Notes under the pieces: generated by a model
The model's database searches: none
Seen by the model: the letters and a program-made list of their open reading frames with translations, nothing else
What the model was told of the DNA's origin: nothing
Program-made: the position numbers and the translations under genes
Assembly: GCA_963676795.2 (NCBI GenBank)
Contig: CAXXTB010000002.1
Span: 2,080,001 to 2,144,000, forward strand
Reading direction: 5' to 3'
From: Geopsychrobacteraceae bacterium
GTDB taxonomy: Bacteria > Desulfobacterota > Desulfuromonadia > Desulfuromonadales > Geopsychrobacteraceae
Length of the DNA: 64,000 nt
Shown here: one piece after another, positions 8,982 through 17,895 of the stretch
Layout: the number at the start of each line of letters is the position of its first letter
Position numbering within the stretch: the first letter of the stretch is position 1

Positions 8982-10040
8982 ATGGATTTGTCGACCAGCT
9001 ACATGGGCCTGCAACTGAAAAACCCGTTCGTCGTATCGGCCAGCACCCTGACCGGAGACGTCGACTCGATCATTGAATGTGCCAATGCCGGGGCCGGGGC
9101 CATTGTCCTGAAATCGCTCTTCGAAGAAGAGATCGCCGCCGAGATTGATGCCTTGAGCCAGAATGCCGATGACTATTCCGGCTACGGCGAAGCCTACGAT
9201 TACCTCCAGGGCTACGGTCAGGCGCTGGGTCCACAGGGCTACCTGGACCTGGTCAAGGAAGCCAAACAGAAGACCGACATCCCGATTATCGCCAGCCTGA
9301 ACTGCGTCTCCAACAACAGTTGGGGGGATTACGCGAAGAAGCTCGAAGCCGCTGGCGCAGATGGCCTGGAACTGAACATCGGCCTGATGCCGAACAGCAT
9401 CAAACAGGATGGGACCGACATCATCGATACCTATCTGCGCATCGTCTATGAAGTCAAAGAGCAGGTCAGCATTCCCGTCGCCGTCAAGGTCGGCCCCTAT
9501 TTCACCTCCTTCGGCAACTTTGCCGACCGGATCGCCACCGAGCGCCATGAAGCACCGGCCTACAGCGTCGGCTGGATGGGCAAGGACACCCAGGCCGGCA
9601 AGGTCACCTGGAAAGGCGTAGACGCGATCGTTCTGTTCAACCGTTTCTACAAACTGGATATCGATATAGACACCAAGTCGCTGACCCAAGGGGTCTCCTA
9701 CAGCACCCCGGCAGAACTCAGCCACAGCCTGCGCTGGACCTCTCTGCTGACCGGCAAGATCGGCTGCGACCTGGCCTGCAACACGGGCATCCATGACGGC
9801 CGCGACGCCATCAAAGCGCTGCTGGCCGGCGCCAAGGTGGTTGAACTCTGCTCGACCCTGTTCATCAACGGCCTCGGCCAGATTGGCGTTATGCAACAGC
9901 AGCTCTGCGACTGGATGAGCAAAAACGAGTACTCGAAACTCTGCGATTTCCGCGGGCTGGTCAGCCAGACGGTCAGCAAGAATCCTGAAGAGTTCGAGCG
10001 TCTGCAGTACGTCAAGCTGTTCGTTGGCATGGAAAAATAG
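8982..10040 (+). CDS. Dihydroorotate dehydrogenase-like flavoprotein (DHOD-like)
   Basis: MDLSTSYMGLQLKNP, VLKSLFEE, ELN without the SCP catalytic Cys, VLFNRF, FERLQY. AGGAG RBS before ATG 8982. Confidence 0.85.
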   Translation: MDLSTSYMGLQLKNPFVVSASTLTGDVDSIIECANAGAGAIVLKSLFEEEIAAEIDALSQNADDYSGYGEAYDYLQGYGQALGPQGYLDLVKEAKQKTDIPIIASLNCVSNNSWGDYAKKLEAAGADGLELNIGLMPNSIKQDGTDIIDTYLRIVYEVKEQVSIPVAVKVGPYFTSFGNFADRIATERHEAPAYSVGWMGKDTQAGKVTWKGVDAIVLFNRFYKLDIDIDTKSLTQGVSYSTPAELSHSLRWTSLLTGKIGCDLACNTGIHDGRDAIKALLAGAKVVELCSTLFINGLGQIGVMQQQLCDWMSKNEYSKLCDFRGLVSQTVSKNPEEFERLQYVKLFVGMEK

Positions 10041-10182
10041 CTTCTGTCCGGACACGGCCCTTTTCCGCTGTGGCTGTGTCAATCTGCGGGCTTGTTTGTG
10101 CGGCGTATAACACTACGCCTCCGCGCAAGCCCTTGATTTCCTTGCCACAACGAAAAATTGCTCGTTTCCGAATCAGAAACAA
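10038..10182 (-). repeat. ~145-bp structured MITE-like repeat, copy A
   Basis: Imperfect terminal inverted repeats. Its reverse complement aligns with 45119-45264. Confidence 0.8.
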
Positions 10183-10236
10183 CACTGTTCAGCTCTGGAT
10201 TTCCAGACAGCACCTGTTAACAAAAGAGAGGTCGGC

Positions 10237-11754
10237 ATGCAGGAGATTCTACGGCAGATTCTCACCTCGAAAGTTTACGAAGCCGCCATTGAAACCCCTC
10301 TCGAAGAGGCCCCTCAACTTTCGGAGGAGTGGCTCAACCGTATTCTGATCAAGCGGGAAGACCTGCAACCGGTCTTCTCCTTCAAACTGCGCGGAGCCTA
10401 CAACAAGATCGCCCATCTGAGCGATGAGGAAAAGGCCCGTGGCGTCATTGCCGCCTCGGCGGGAAACCACGCTCAGGGTGTCGCATTCTCAGCCCGCAAG
10501 CTCGGCTTGCGGGCCCTCATCGTCATGCCGGCGACCACGCCGAAAATCAAGATCGACGCCGTCCGTTCCTACGGCGCCGAAGTCATCCTGCATGGTGACA
10601 ACTACTCCGAAGCCGCCGAGCGCTGCAGTCAGCTGCAGCAGGGCACCGGCATGACCTATATCCACCCCTTTGATGACAGGTTGGTCATCGCCGGCCAGGG
10701 CACCATCGCCTATGAACTGCTCAGGCAAAGTTCGGGAAAAATAGACGCCGTGTTCGTTCCGATCGGGGGCGGCGGCCTGATCTCCGGCATTGCCGTCTAC
10801 CTCAAGGCCCTGGCTCCGGAGATCAGAATCATCGGTGTCGAACCGCAGGACAGCGATGCCATGTACCAGTCGCTGCAGGCGGGCAAGAGGGTCTGCCTCG
10901 ATTCGGTCGGCATCTTCGCCGACGGCGTAGCAGTGCGCCAGGTCGGCCGAGAAACCTTCGACCTGTGCCGCAAACATGTCGATGAAATCCTGCGCGTATC
11001 GACCGATGAGCTGTGCTGGGCGATCAAGTCGATCTACCAAGCGACCCGCTCGATCGTTGAGCCGGCCGGCGCGCTGGCCATGGCCGGGATGAAGCAGTAC
11101 ATCCGCCGTACCGGCTGCACAGACCGGACCCTGGTCACCATCAATTCCGGCGCCAATATGAATTTTGAGCGCCTGCGTTACGTATCCGAACGCACCCTGA
11201 CCGGAGCCGGTCGCGAATCGCTGTTTGCCGTCACCATTCCGGAGCAACCGGGGTCCTTGCGCTACTTCTGCAACAGCCTGCTCGGCGCACTGAACATCAG
11301 CGAATTCAATTATCGTCTTGCTGACCGCACCAGTGCCCAGATCTTCGTCGGTCTGGCCGCTGACGAGGATATTGACCGCCATGAATTTATCGAACGGTTA
11401 AATTCCGAAGGCTTTCACACCATCGACCTGACCGACAACGAACTGGCCAAAACCCACCTGCGCTACATGGTCGGAGGCCGCTCGCCACAAGCAACCAATG
11501 AGCGTCTGTTCCGCTTCAGGTTCCCGGAACGCCCCAATGCTCTCTCCCAGTTTCTCGCCGATATGGGCGCAGGCTGGAACATCTCCCTCTTCCACTATCG
11601 CAACCAGGGCGGAGAGTTCGGCCGGGTACTGATCGGTCTTGAAATCCCCAAGGGCGAAGAAAGAGATTTCGAACGTTTTCTGGCCAGGGTCGGCTACAAT
11701 TACGACGAAGAAACGGAAGACCCGGCTTACAAACTTTTCCTCAAAGGGGTGTGA
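10237..11754 (+). CDS. ilvA: Threonine ammonia-lyase, biosynthetic
   Basis: KREDLQPVFSFKLRGA, SAGNHAQG, PIGGGGL, and two C-terminal regulatory domains (FPERP, NISLFHYRN). Confidence 0.97.
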   Translation: MQEILRQILTSKVYEAAIETPLEEAPQLSEEWLNRILIKREDLQPVFSFKLRGAYNKIAHLSDEEKARGVIAASAGNHAQGVAFSARKLGLRALIVMPATTPKIKIDAVRSYGAEVILHGDNYSEAAERCSQLQQGTGMTYIHPFDDRLVIAGQGTIAYELLRQSSGKIDAVFVPIGGGGLISGIAVYLKALAPEIRIIGVEPQDSDAMYQSLQAGKRVCLDSVGIFADGVAVRQVGRETFDLCRKHVDEILRVSTDELCWAIKSIYQATRSIVEPAGALAMAGMKQYIRRTGCTDRTLVTINSGANMNFERLRYVSERTLTGAGRESLFAVTIPEQPGSLRYFCNSLLGALNISEFNYRLADRTSAQIFVGLAADEDIDRHEFIERLNSEGFHTIDLTDNELAKTHLRYMVGGRSPQATNERLFRFRFPERPNALSQFLADMGAGWNISLFHYRNQGGEFGRVLIGLEIPKGEERDFERFLARVGYNYDEETEDPAYKLFLKGV

Positions 11755-11812
11755 CGTTTTCTGACGCATCCCCGTGCCAGACTTCGACGGTTCTAAAGTT
11801 GAGGTTGAAACC

Positions 11813-13123
11813 ATGAAACAGCAACATCAGTCCTTATCTGCACCTGTCTACCACCTGGCACTCAGCCTGGAAGAGAAGCTGTCGCTGCTGGCCGGTGCGG
11901 CCAGGTACGACGCATCCTGCTCGTCAAGCGGCAGTACCCGCCAGGGCGAGGGGGTCGGTGCGGCACACAGAAGCGGAATCTGCCATTCCTGGTCAGCAGA
12001 TGGCCGCTGCATTTCACTGCTCAAGGTTCTCTTCAGCAACGACTGCCTGTTCGACTGTGCCTACTGCGCCAGCCGCCGTTCTAACGACCATCGGCGTGCC
12101 AGCTTCACCCCGGAGGAACTGGCCGGGCTGACCATCGATTTCTATCGCCGCAACTACATCGAAGGATTATTTCTCAGCTCGGCGGTCTGCGCAAGTCCCG
12201 ACAACACCATGGAACTGCTGATCCGTACCCTGCGGCTGCTGCGCTATCAATACCGCTTCCATGGCTATATTCACCTCAAGGTCATCCCGGGCTGCAGCCC
12301 GGAACTGCTCGATCAGGCTGCAGGCCTTGCCGACCGGATGAGCGCCAACGTTGAACTGCCAAGCAGTGAAAGCCTCAGGCTGCTGGCGCCCGAAAAACGC
12401 GAGCACAAGATCCTCCAGGTCTTCGATCAGGCCCAGCACTATGCCCTGCAGCGCCGCGAAGAGAGCAGCAGCGCAGATACCGGCCCGGTGGCTGCAGGCA
12501 TGAGTACCCAGATGATCATCGGCGCAACGGCGGAGAACGATCGCACCATTCTGCAGAAATCGGACGCACTCTACCGGTTGCCGCAGCTCAAACGGGTCTA
12601 TTATTCCGCCTACATTCCGGTCAACAGCGACTCACGACTGCCGACACCAGCAGCGGTCCCTCCCCTGCTGCGCGAACACAGACTTTACCAGGCCGACTGG
12701 CTGCTGCGCTTTTACGCCTTCAGGGTCGATGAAATCCTGCCACCTGATCAGCAGCAGCTCGATCCTGAACTCGACCCGAAAACGGCCTGGGCACTCAGAC
12801 AGCTGGAACAGTTTCCGGTCGACATCAATCGCGCCAGCAAGGAAGAACTGCTGCGCATCCCCGGGGTCGGAGTCCGCTCGGTGAAACGGATACTTGCTGC
12901 GCGGCGTTACCAGCGCCTGCACCTGGAGGATCTGAAGAAACTCGGTGTGGTCATGAAGCGGGCCCGCTATTTCATCCATGATGGCAAGCATGCCGGCTGC
13001 CCCACCCCGCTCCGCGAGGACAGCCTGCGCAGCGCACTCCTCCCGGCAACCAGCCGCCAACTCAGCTTCGACTTCACGCCTGCTCCAGACGACTGTGCAA
13101 CGGCGATCAACGGTGAACTCTGA
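11813..13123 (+). CDS. Putative DNA modification/repair radical SAM protein (TIGR03916-like) with HhH
   Basis: YDASCSSSG, GICHSWSADGRCISLLK, CLFDCAYC, REHRLYQADWLLRFY, LLRIPGVG. Start at ATG 11813 or GTG 11774. Confidence 0.9.
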   Translation: MKQQHQSLSAPVYHLALSLEEKLSLLAGAARYDASCSSSGSTRQGEGVGAAHRSGICHSWSADGRCISLLKVLFSNDCLFDCAYCASRRSNDHRRASFTPEELAGLTIDFYRRNYIEGLFLSSAVCASPDNTMELLIRTLRLLRYQYRFHGYIHLKVIPGCSPELLDQAAGLADRMSANVELPSSESLRLLAPEKREHKILQVFDQAQHYALQRREESSSADTGPVAAGMSTQMIIGATAENDRTILQKSDALYRLPQLKRVYYSAYIPVNSDSRLPTPAAVPPLLREHRLYQADWLLRFYAFRVDEILPPDQQQLDPELDPKTAWALRQLEQFPVDINRASKEELLRIPGVGVRSVKRILAARRYQRLHLEDLKKLGVVMKRARYFIHDGKHAGCPTPLREDSLRSALLPATSRQLSFDFTPAPDDCATAINGEL

Positions 13124-13878
13124 TGAACTTCATTTACGATCACAGTTTCAATGGTTTTCTCTGCCTCCTCGGCAAGATCATCAAAGAGCACCTGGAAATC
13201 AGCTCGATCAGCCGCTGTCACGAGCAGCAGAGCGGTTTCCTCTTTACTGACTCCTGCCTGCTCAGCAGCGACCCGCAGCGGGCCGCAGAGGTTGCCGCAG
13301 GGCTGGAACGCAAACTGGGGAAGAGCTTTCTGCAGAGATTGCTCTGGGCTTTTTTCAGTGACTTTGAAGGGATCGAACAGGACCTGATCGTAATGACCCG
13401 CCACTGCCTGTTGCAGAACCAGGACTACTGGCAGCAGCTGACCGAGCCGCTGGTCCGCCGTGTCGATGCAGCCGCTCTGAAAACCAGCCGCGAACGCCAT
13501 AAGCTGCTCGGACTGCTGCGTTTCAGCAGGTTAGAGGATGACAGCTACGTGGCCTTTGCGACACCCAAAGCCAATATCATCCCGCTGCTAGGAGCACATT
13601 TCTACAAACGGCTGGGCGATCAGAAATGGGTCATTGTCGACAGGAAAAGAAAAACCGCTGTCTACCGGACTGAATCGGGCTGGGAGCTGGCCAGCCAGGT
13701 TGAAATGGCCGATCAGCACGGTTTCCACCCTGACGAACAGGAGGTCGTCAAACTATGGAAAAATTTCTACCGGGAAATCAGCAACCCCGACCGCTTCAAC
13801 CCGAAGTTACGGCAGAACTTCATGCCTAAACGCTACTGGCATGACCTGGTGGAGCTCCAGCCGGACTATCCCCGTTAG
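13123..13878 (+). CDS. TIGR03915/DUF4130-type putative DNA repair protein
   Basis: YDHSFNGFL, ERHKLLGLLRF, HFYKR, LWKNFY...NPKLRQNFMPKRYW. Translationally coupled to the radical SAM gene (TGATG). Confidence 0.88.
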   Translation: MNFIYDHSFNGFLCLLGKIIKEHLEISSISRCHEQQSGFLFTDSCLLSSDPQRAAEVAAGLERKLGKSFLQRLLWAFFSDFEGIEQDLIVMTRHCLLQNQDYWQQLTEPLVRRVDAAALKTSRERHKLLGLLRFSRLEDDSYVAFATPKANIIPLLGAHFYKRLGDQKWVIVDRKRKTAVYRTESGWELASQVEMADQHGFHPDEQEVVKLWKNFYREISNPDRFNPKLRQNFMPKRYWHDLVELQPDYPR

Positions 13879-13945
13879 CCCCCTCCCGCGAAGACGACAT
13901 TGAAAAAGCTGATAAAGAATTCTCTTGCCATCGACAAAAGCAATA

Positions 13946-13967
13946 GAATATATTTATCCATATATTC
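13946..13967. promoter_or_regulatory. Palindromic operator overlapping a sigma70-like -10
   Basis: GAATATAT-N6-ATATATTC. TTGCCA at 13925-13930 and TATATT at 13949-13954. Confidence 0.5.
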
Positions 13968-13988
13968 ACAATGATGGAGATTAAGGCG

Positions 13989-14165
13989 ATGCCAATCTTT
14001 GAATATCAATGCCAAAACTGCGGAGCAAAGACGGAAAAGATCCGGCGCCAGGCAGTCAGTGAAATCCCCTGTGCGTACTGCGGGGGAAAGGCAATCCGCT
14101 GCGTTTCCTCCGTTGCCGCCGGCCAGAGCCGCTGTAGCGCTCCGTCATCAAGCGGTTTTACCTGA
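13989..14165 (+). CDS. FmdB-family zinc ribbon protein
   Basis: MPIFEYQCQNCG...CAYCGG. GGAG RBS upstream. Confidence 0.85.
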   Translation: MPIFEYQCQNCGAKTEKIRRQAVSEIPCAYCGGKAIRCVSSVAAGQSRCSAPSSSGFT

Positions 14166-14231
14166 GGATCATAACTGGGGTGACGTGATCATTCCAATTG
14201 AAGAACAGCACTAACAAAGGAGTCCCAAGCA

Positions 14232-14513
14232 ATGCTGAAAGTTACCGATGCAGCACGTGACAAGTTAAAGACACTGCTGGCCGACCAGCCGGGCAAGACC
14301 CTGCGCGTCATCTTTGAAGGCTTTGGCTGAGGCGGGCCCAGCCTGGGCCTGACTCTGGATGAGTCACAAACACAGCAAAACCTCTTTACCATCAACGAAA
14401 TCGATCTGCTGATCGATGACAGCGTTCGTCCTTACGTTGATGACAGCGAACTCGATTACATCAAGAATGCCTATGGAGAAGGGTTTTCCATCTCCGGCGC
14501 CAGCAGTTGTTAA
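14232..14513 (+). CDS. HesB/IscA-like selenoprotein (Sec at codon 33), 93 aa
   Basis: AAGGAG RBS; MLKVTDAARDKLK...LRVIFEGFG-U(TGA 14328-14330)-GGPSLGLTLDE...GEGFSISGASSC*. The reading frame and family pattern continue through the TGA. Confidence 0.85.
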
Positions 14514-14599
14514 CGACGCCTTGCGTAGACACTCTAAACCACTATGCGCTGAAATTATATGGGCTCGCGCAGGACTGAAAGTTCAGAAAAAAACAACAC

Positions 14600-14717
14600 C
14601 TCCCCTCTCCCTGAGTACCCAAAGGGCATAAAGGAGAGGGCTAGGGTGAGGGGGGAAACAGAACAAAAAGCCCCCTCATCCACCCCTTCGGGGCACCTTC
14701 TCCCCAATGGAGAAGGA
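14600..14717. repeat. REP/CIR-like composite palindromic element
   Basis: CCCTCTCC..GGAGAGGG..GGGTGAGGGGG, a spacer, then CCCCCTCATCC..CCCCTTCGGGG..CCTTCTCC..GGAGAAGG. Confidence 0.7.
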
Positions 14718-14781
14718 ATCATGCTTTACATCTGTGAAATCAGGATTCAAATCCATATTTTCTACCAGCATGCTGAAACAA

Positions 14782-14818
14782 CAAAAAACGGCCCGGGAAT
14801 TCCCAGGGCCGTTTTTTG
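14782..14818. terminator. Bidirectional rho-independent terminator (end of cyd operon)
   Basis: AAAAAACGGCCC...GGGCCGTTTTTT. Confidence 0.8.
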
Positions 14819-14837
14819 TGATCCTTAAAATTACAGA

Positions 14838-14924
14838 TCAATCAAGCAGGTTCCAACTGCCGAGCATCTTGAGTGCGGCGTAGTAAGACACGGCAATAAG
14901 CGCGATCCAGGCGATAATCAGCAT
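14838..14924 (-). CDS. 28-aa single-TM peptide, putative small cytochrome bd subunit (CydX/CydS-like)
   Basis: GGAGG RBS directly after the cydB stop. MLIIAWIALIAVSYYAALKMLGSWNLLD*, followed by the terminator. Confidence 0.65.
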   Translation of the reverse strand: MLIIAWIALIAVSYYAALKMLGSWNLLD

Positions 14925-14935
14925 AAAAACCTCCG

Positions 14936-16062
14936 TTAGTAGCTCTTCTTGTCAGCGGTCAATTCGTCAAGGCTCAGCTTGCTGCTGTCCATCTTGCTCC
15001 AGACCCAGATGATATAGGCCAGAACAAAGGGAACGGCAATGGCGACATAGGACATCATGGTCAGCGTATAATGGCTGCTCGATGCGTTATAGATGGTCAG
15101 ACTGCTGGCAATGTCGGCCTTTGAAGGATAGAACGAGGTTCCGTTGTAGCCCGCGATAAAGAAGACCGCCAGACAGGTCAGCACCGTACCGAAACCAGCC
15201 GCCCAGATCCCCCGCACCGACGCGGTGAAACGGTTCATCACCGCCCCCAGGACAACCAGTACCAGGCCGACCAGCAGCAGGATCAGGTTGAGCGGCATCT
15301 GCAGCAGGTTATGCAGATATTTGTTCGCTTCAAGGGTGACGCTGCCATCCGGAGCGACAGCGTAACCGTCGATGACCAGCAGGCTGATCAGCACATAGAG
15401 CAGGAATGGCAGCAGACAGAGCAGGTTGTTGAACCCGAACGCTTCAGCCGGGCAACAAGAGCACCGTCGTCCAGATTGTTGGCCAGATAGAGCGCCCCCA
15501 GGGTCCGGGCCAGAAAGACCAGGAAAATACCGAAACAGAGGTTGAAGAGGCTGAAGGCCGCCTCAAGCCCACGTAACGGATGCAGCCACTTGACCAGGTT
15601 GTACTCGTTGAGGGTGAAGTTCGAACCGGTAAAGAAGGTTCCGAGCGCGGCACCGACCAGCAGAATACCGATCGAACCGTTGATGAACATGAATATCTCA
15701 AAGGTCTTCTGACCGAGGAAGTTGTTCGGCTTGCGGCGGTATTCGTAGCTGACCGCCTGAATAATGAAGGTGAACAGAATCGCCAGCCAGACCCAGTAGG
15801 CGCCACCGAAGCTGGTTGCGTAGAAAAGCGGAAAGGAGGCGTAGAAAGCGCCGCCAAACAGGACCAGGGTGGTGAAGGTCAGTTCCCATTTGCGGCCGAG
15901 AGAGTTGACCATCAGGGTCTTTTCATCCTCGCTTTTCGCCAGGGTGAGAATCAGCGTCTGGCCGCCCTGAACGAAGGTCAGAAACACGAAAAGCGCGCCA
16001 ACAACAGAGACAATCAGCCACCAGAGCTGCTGCAAAGTCGACCAGTCAAGGCTTCCAATCAT
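14936..16062 (-). pseudogene. cydB: Cytochrome bd oxidase subunit II, split by a one-base frameshift near 15435 (real or sequencing error)
   Basis: N-part has FVQGGQ and GRKWELTFTTLV; C-part has SSLTIYNASSSHYTL. Adding one base at the G run near 15434-15436 joins the frames (RLKRSGFNNLLCLLPFLLYV). Confidence 0.85.
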
Positions 16063-17600
16063 GATTTATCTCCTTCCGGCCCGATAGAAATTTGCTTGGT
16101 CATGATCCTCAGTTCAGCGATCAGCAGAACGGTAAACAGGATGAGGAACAGAAAGAAGGTCACCATAACGGTTCCGGTATCGAGATTCGAACGGGCCACC
16201 GTAACCGGCAACAGATCCTGGATAGCCCAGGGCTGACGGCCGACCTCGGAGACGATCCAGCCGGCCTGCGAAGCAATCCATGACAGGAAGATCGAAGCAA
16301 CGCCGATTCTGAGCAGCCAGGCCTTGTTCTCGAGCTGGCGTTTTTCCATATAGAAGATATAAACCAGGAACAGCAGGATAAACAACATGCCAAGCCCGAC
16401 CATGATCCTGAAGGCGTAGAAGGTCAGCGCGACCGGCGGGACGGCCTGTTCAGGCGACTGCAGATGTCCGTAACCAAGGTACTCAAGATGCTGGTCGAAG
16501 ATCGCCAGGGCCTGATCCGCCGCGGCCTGATCACCACGGCTGGTGGCATCCTTGTAGAGAGCCAGGCTTGAAATAGCGACCTTACCTCTCTGAATCTTCT
16601 CGGCCACCCCCATGATCTGATATTCTTCATTACCGAGTACAAGGTCGTTAATGCCGGGTACGAATCCCTGGAAACTGCGCTTGGCCAGCAGGGTCAGCAT
16701 CCCCGGGATTTCAACTTTGACATGAAAGGCATCCTGATCGTCACCCGGCTGTTTGCCGTTATTGACCAGACCGAAGGCGATCAGCCCGGTCGGGGTCTGG
16801 CCGTCGTAGAGGGCTTCCATGGCCGCCAGTTTCATCGGCTGGGTGCGGGCCGTAATAAAGGCGTGCTCATCGCCGGTAAAGGCAACAAACAGGGAGCTGA
16901 GCAGTCCGAACACGCAGGCCACCGCGATTGAGCGCTTGGCAAACTGAATATGGCGTTTTTTCAGCAGGTACCAGCTGGAGATACCCAGCACAAAAATCGA
17001 CGACAGCAGAAAACCGGAGCTGGTCGCGTGAACGAAATGGCCGATCGCCACCGGCGACGAGATCACCGCCCAGAGGTCCTGCATTTCAAAACGCGCGGTA
17101 TCGGGATTGAAGGCCATGCCGATCGGGTTCTGCATCCAGCCGTTGGCCACCAGAATCCATAATGCGGAAAGATTGGAGCCGATAGCAACCATCCAGGTCG
17201 AAAACAGGTGAAATCCTTTTGACACCCTGTTCCAGCCAAAGAACATGACAGCAAAGAAGGTCGCTTCAAGAAAGAAAGCGAAGATCCCTTCGATCGCCAG
17301 AGGCGCCCCGAAGATATCGCCGACCATCCAGGAGTAGTTGGACCAGTTGGTGCCGAACTCGAACTCGAGGATGATCCCGGTGGCCACACCGATAGCGAAG
17401 TTGATGCCGAACAGGGTCATCCAGAAACGCGTCAACTGCCGCCACTGAGGGTTCCCGGTGCGCACGTAGATGGTTTCGAAAAAAGCACACAAAAATGACA
17501 GCCCCAGTGTCAGCGGAACAAAAATCCAGTGATACATGGCTGTCAGCGCGAAGGTCGCCCTCGCCCAGTTCACCATCGAAATATCGATCTGTTCAATCAC
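16059..17600 (-). CDS. cydA: Cytochrome bd oxidase subunit I
   Basis: YHWIFVPLTLG, FEFGTNWS, QPMKLAAME, EVGRQPW. Confidence 0.97.
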   Translation of the reverse strand: MIEQIDISMVNWARATFALTAMYHWIFVPLTLGLSFLCAFFETIYVRTGNPQWRQLTRFWMTLFGINFAIGVATGIILEFEFGTNWSNYSWMVGDIFGAPLAIEGIFAFFLEATFFAVMFFGWNRVSKGFHLFSTWMVAIGSNLSALWILVANGWMQNPIGMAFNPDTARFEMQDLWAVISSPVAIGHFVHATSSGFLLSSIFVLGISSWYLLKKRHIQFAKRSIAVACVFGLLSSLFVAFTGDEHAFITARTQPMKLAAMEALYDGQTPTGLIAFGLVNNGKQPGDDQDAFHVKVEIPGMLTLLAKRSFQGFVPGINDLVLGNEEYQIMGVAEKIQRGKVAISSLALYKDATSRGDQAAADQALAIFDQHLEYLGYGHLQSPEQAVPPVALTFYAFRIMVGLGMLFILLFLVYIFYMEKRQLENKAWLLRIGVASIFLSWIASQAGWIVSEVGRQPWAIQDLLPVTVARSNLDTGTVMVTFFLFLILFTVLLIAELRIMTKQISIGPEGDKS

Positions 17601-17673
17601 ACTTGTCCTCCTATCCTCATGGTCTGTGTTATGCCCCTTAACGCTAAGGGGTGGCAGAGATAACCACGTTTAC

Positions 17674-17895
17674 CTACTGGCCGGCCTGCTGTGTCAGATT
17701 GCTTAAGACATGGTCCGCCCGTTCGGCGTCAGTCTGAAAATTAGATGCGAGAAAATCGGGAAAGAAAAAAAACTTGAGAATTGCGAACATGATAAAAACC
17801 TTGATGAAAATGATTTTCCACAAGGTCCGCCCGACGACCATGGAACGGAAGCCGTCGTAATACAGGTGAAAGATTCGACTGAGCATTAATTTCAC
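17674..17895 (-). CDS. DUF4492-type small protein (first gene of the cyd operon)
   Basis: YYDGFRSM.VGRTLW.II.IK.FIMFAILKFFFFPDFL, the usual small gene upstream of this cydA type. Confidence 0.8.
   Translation of the reverse strand: MKLMLSRIFHLYYDGFRSMVVGRTLWKIIFIKVFIMFAILKFFFFPDFLASNFQTDAERADHVLSNLTQQAGQ

Noticed and set aside
11755..11812. GGTT...AACC as a LexA box before the radical SAM gene
   Set aside because: The spacing fits no LexA consensus I know; it is only a short palindrome near the RBS.
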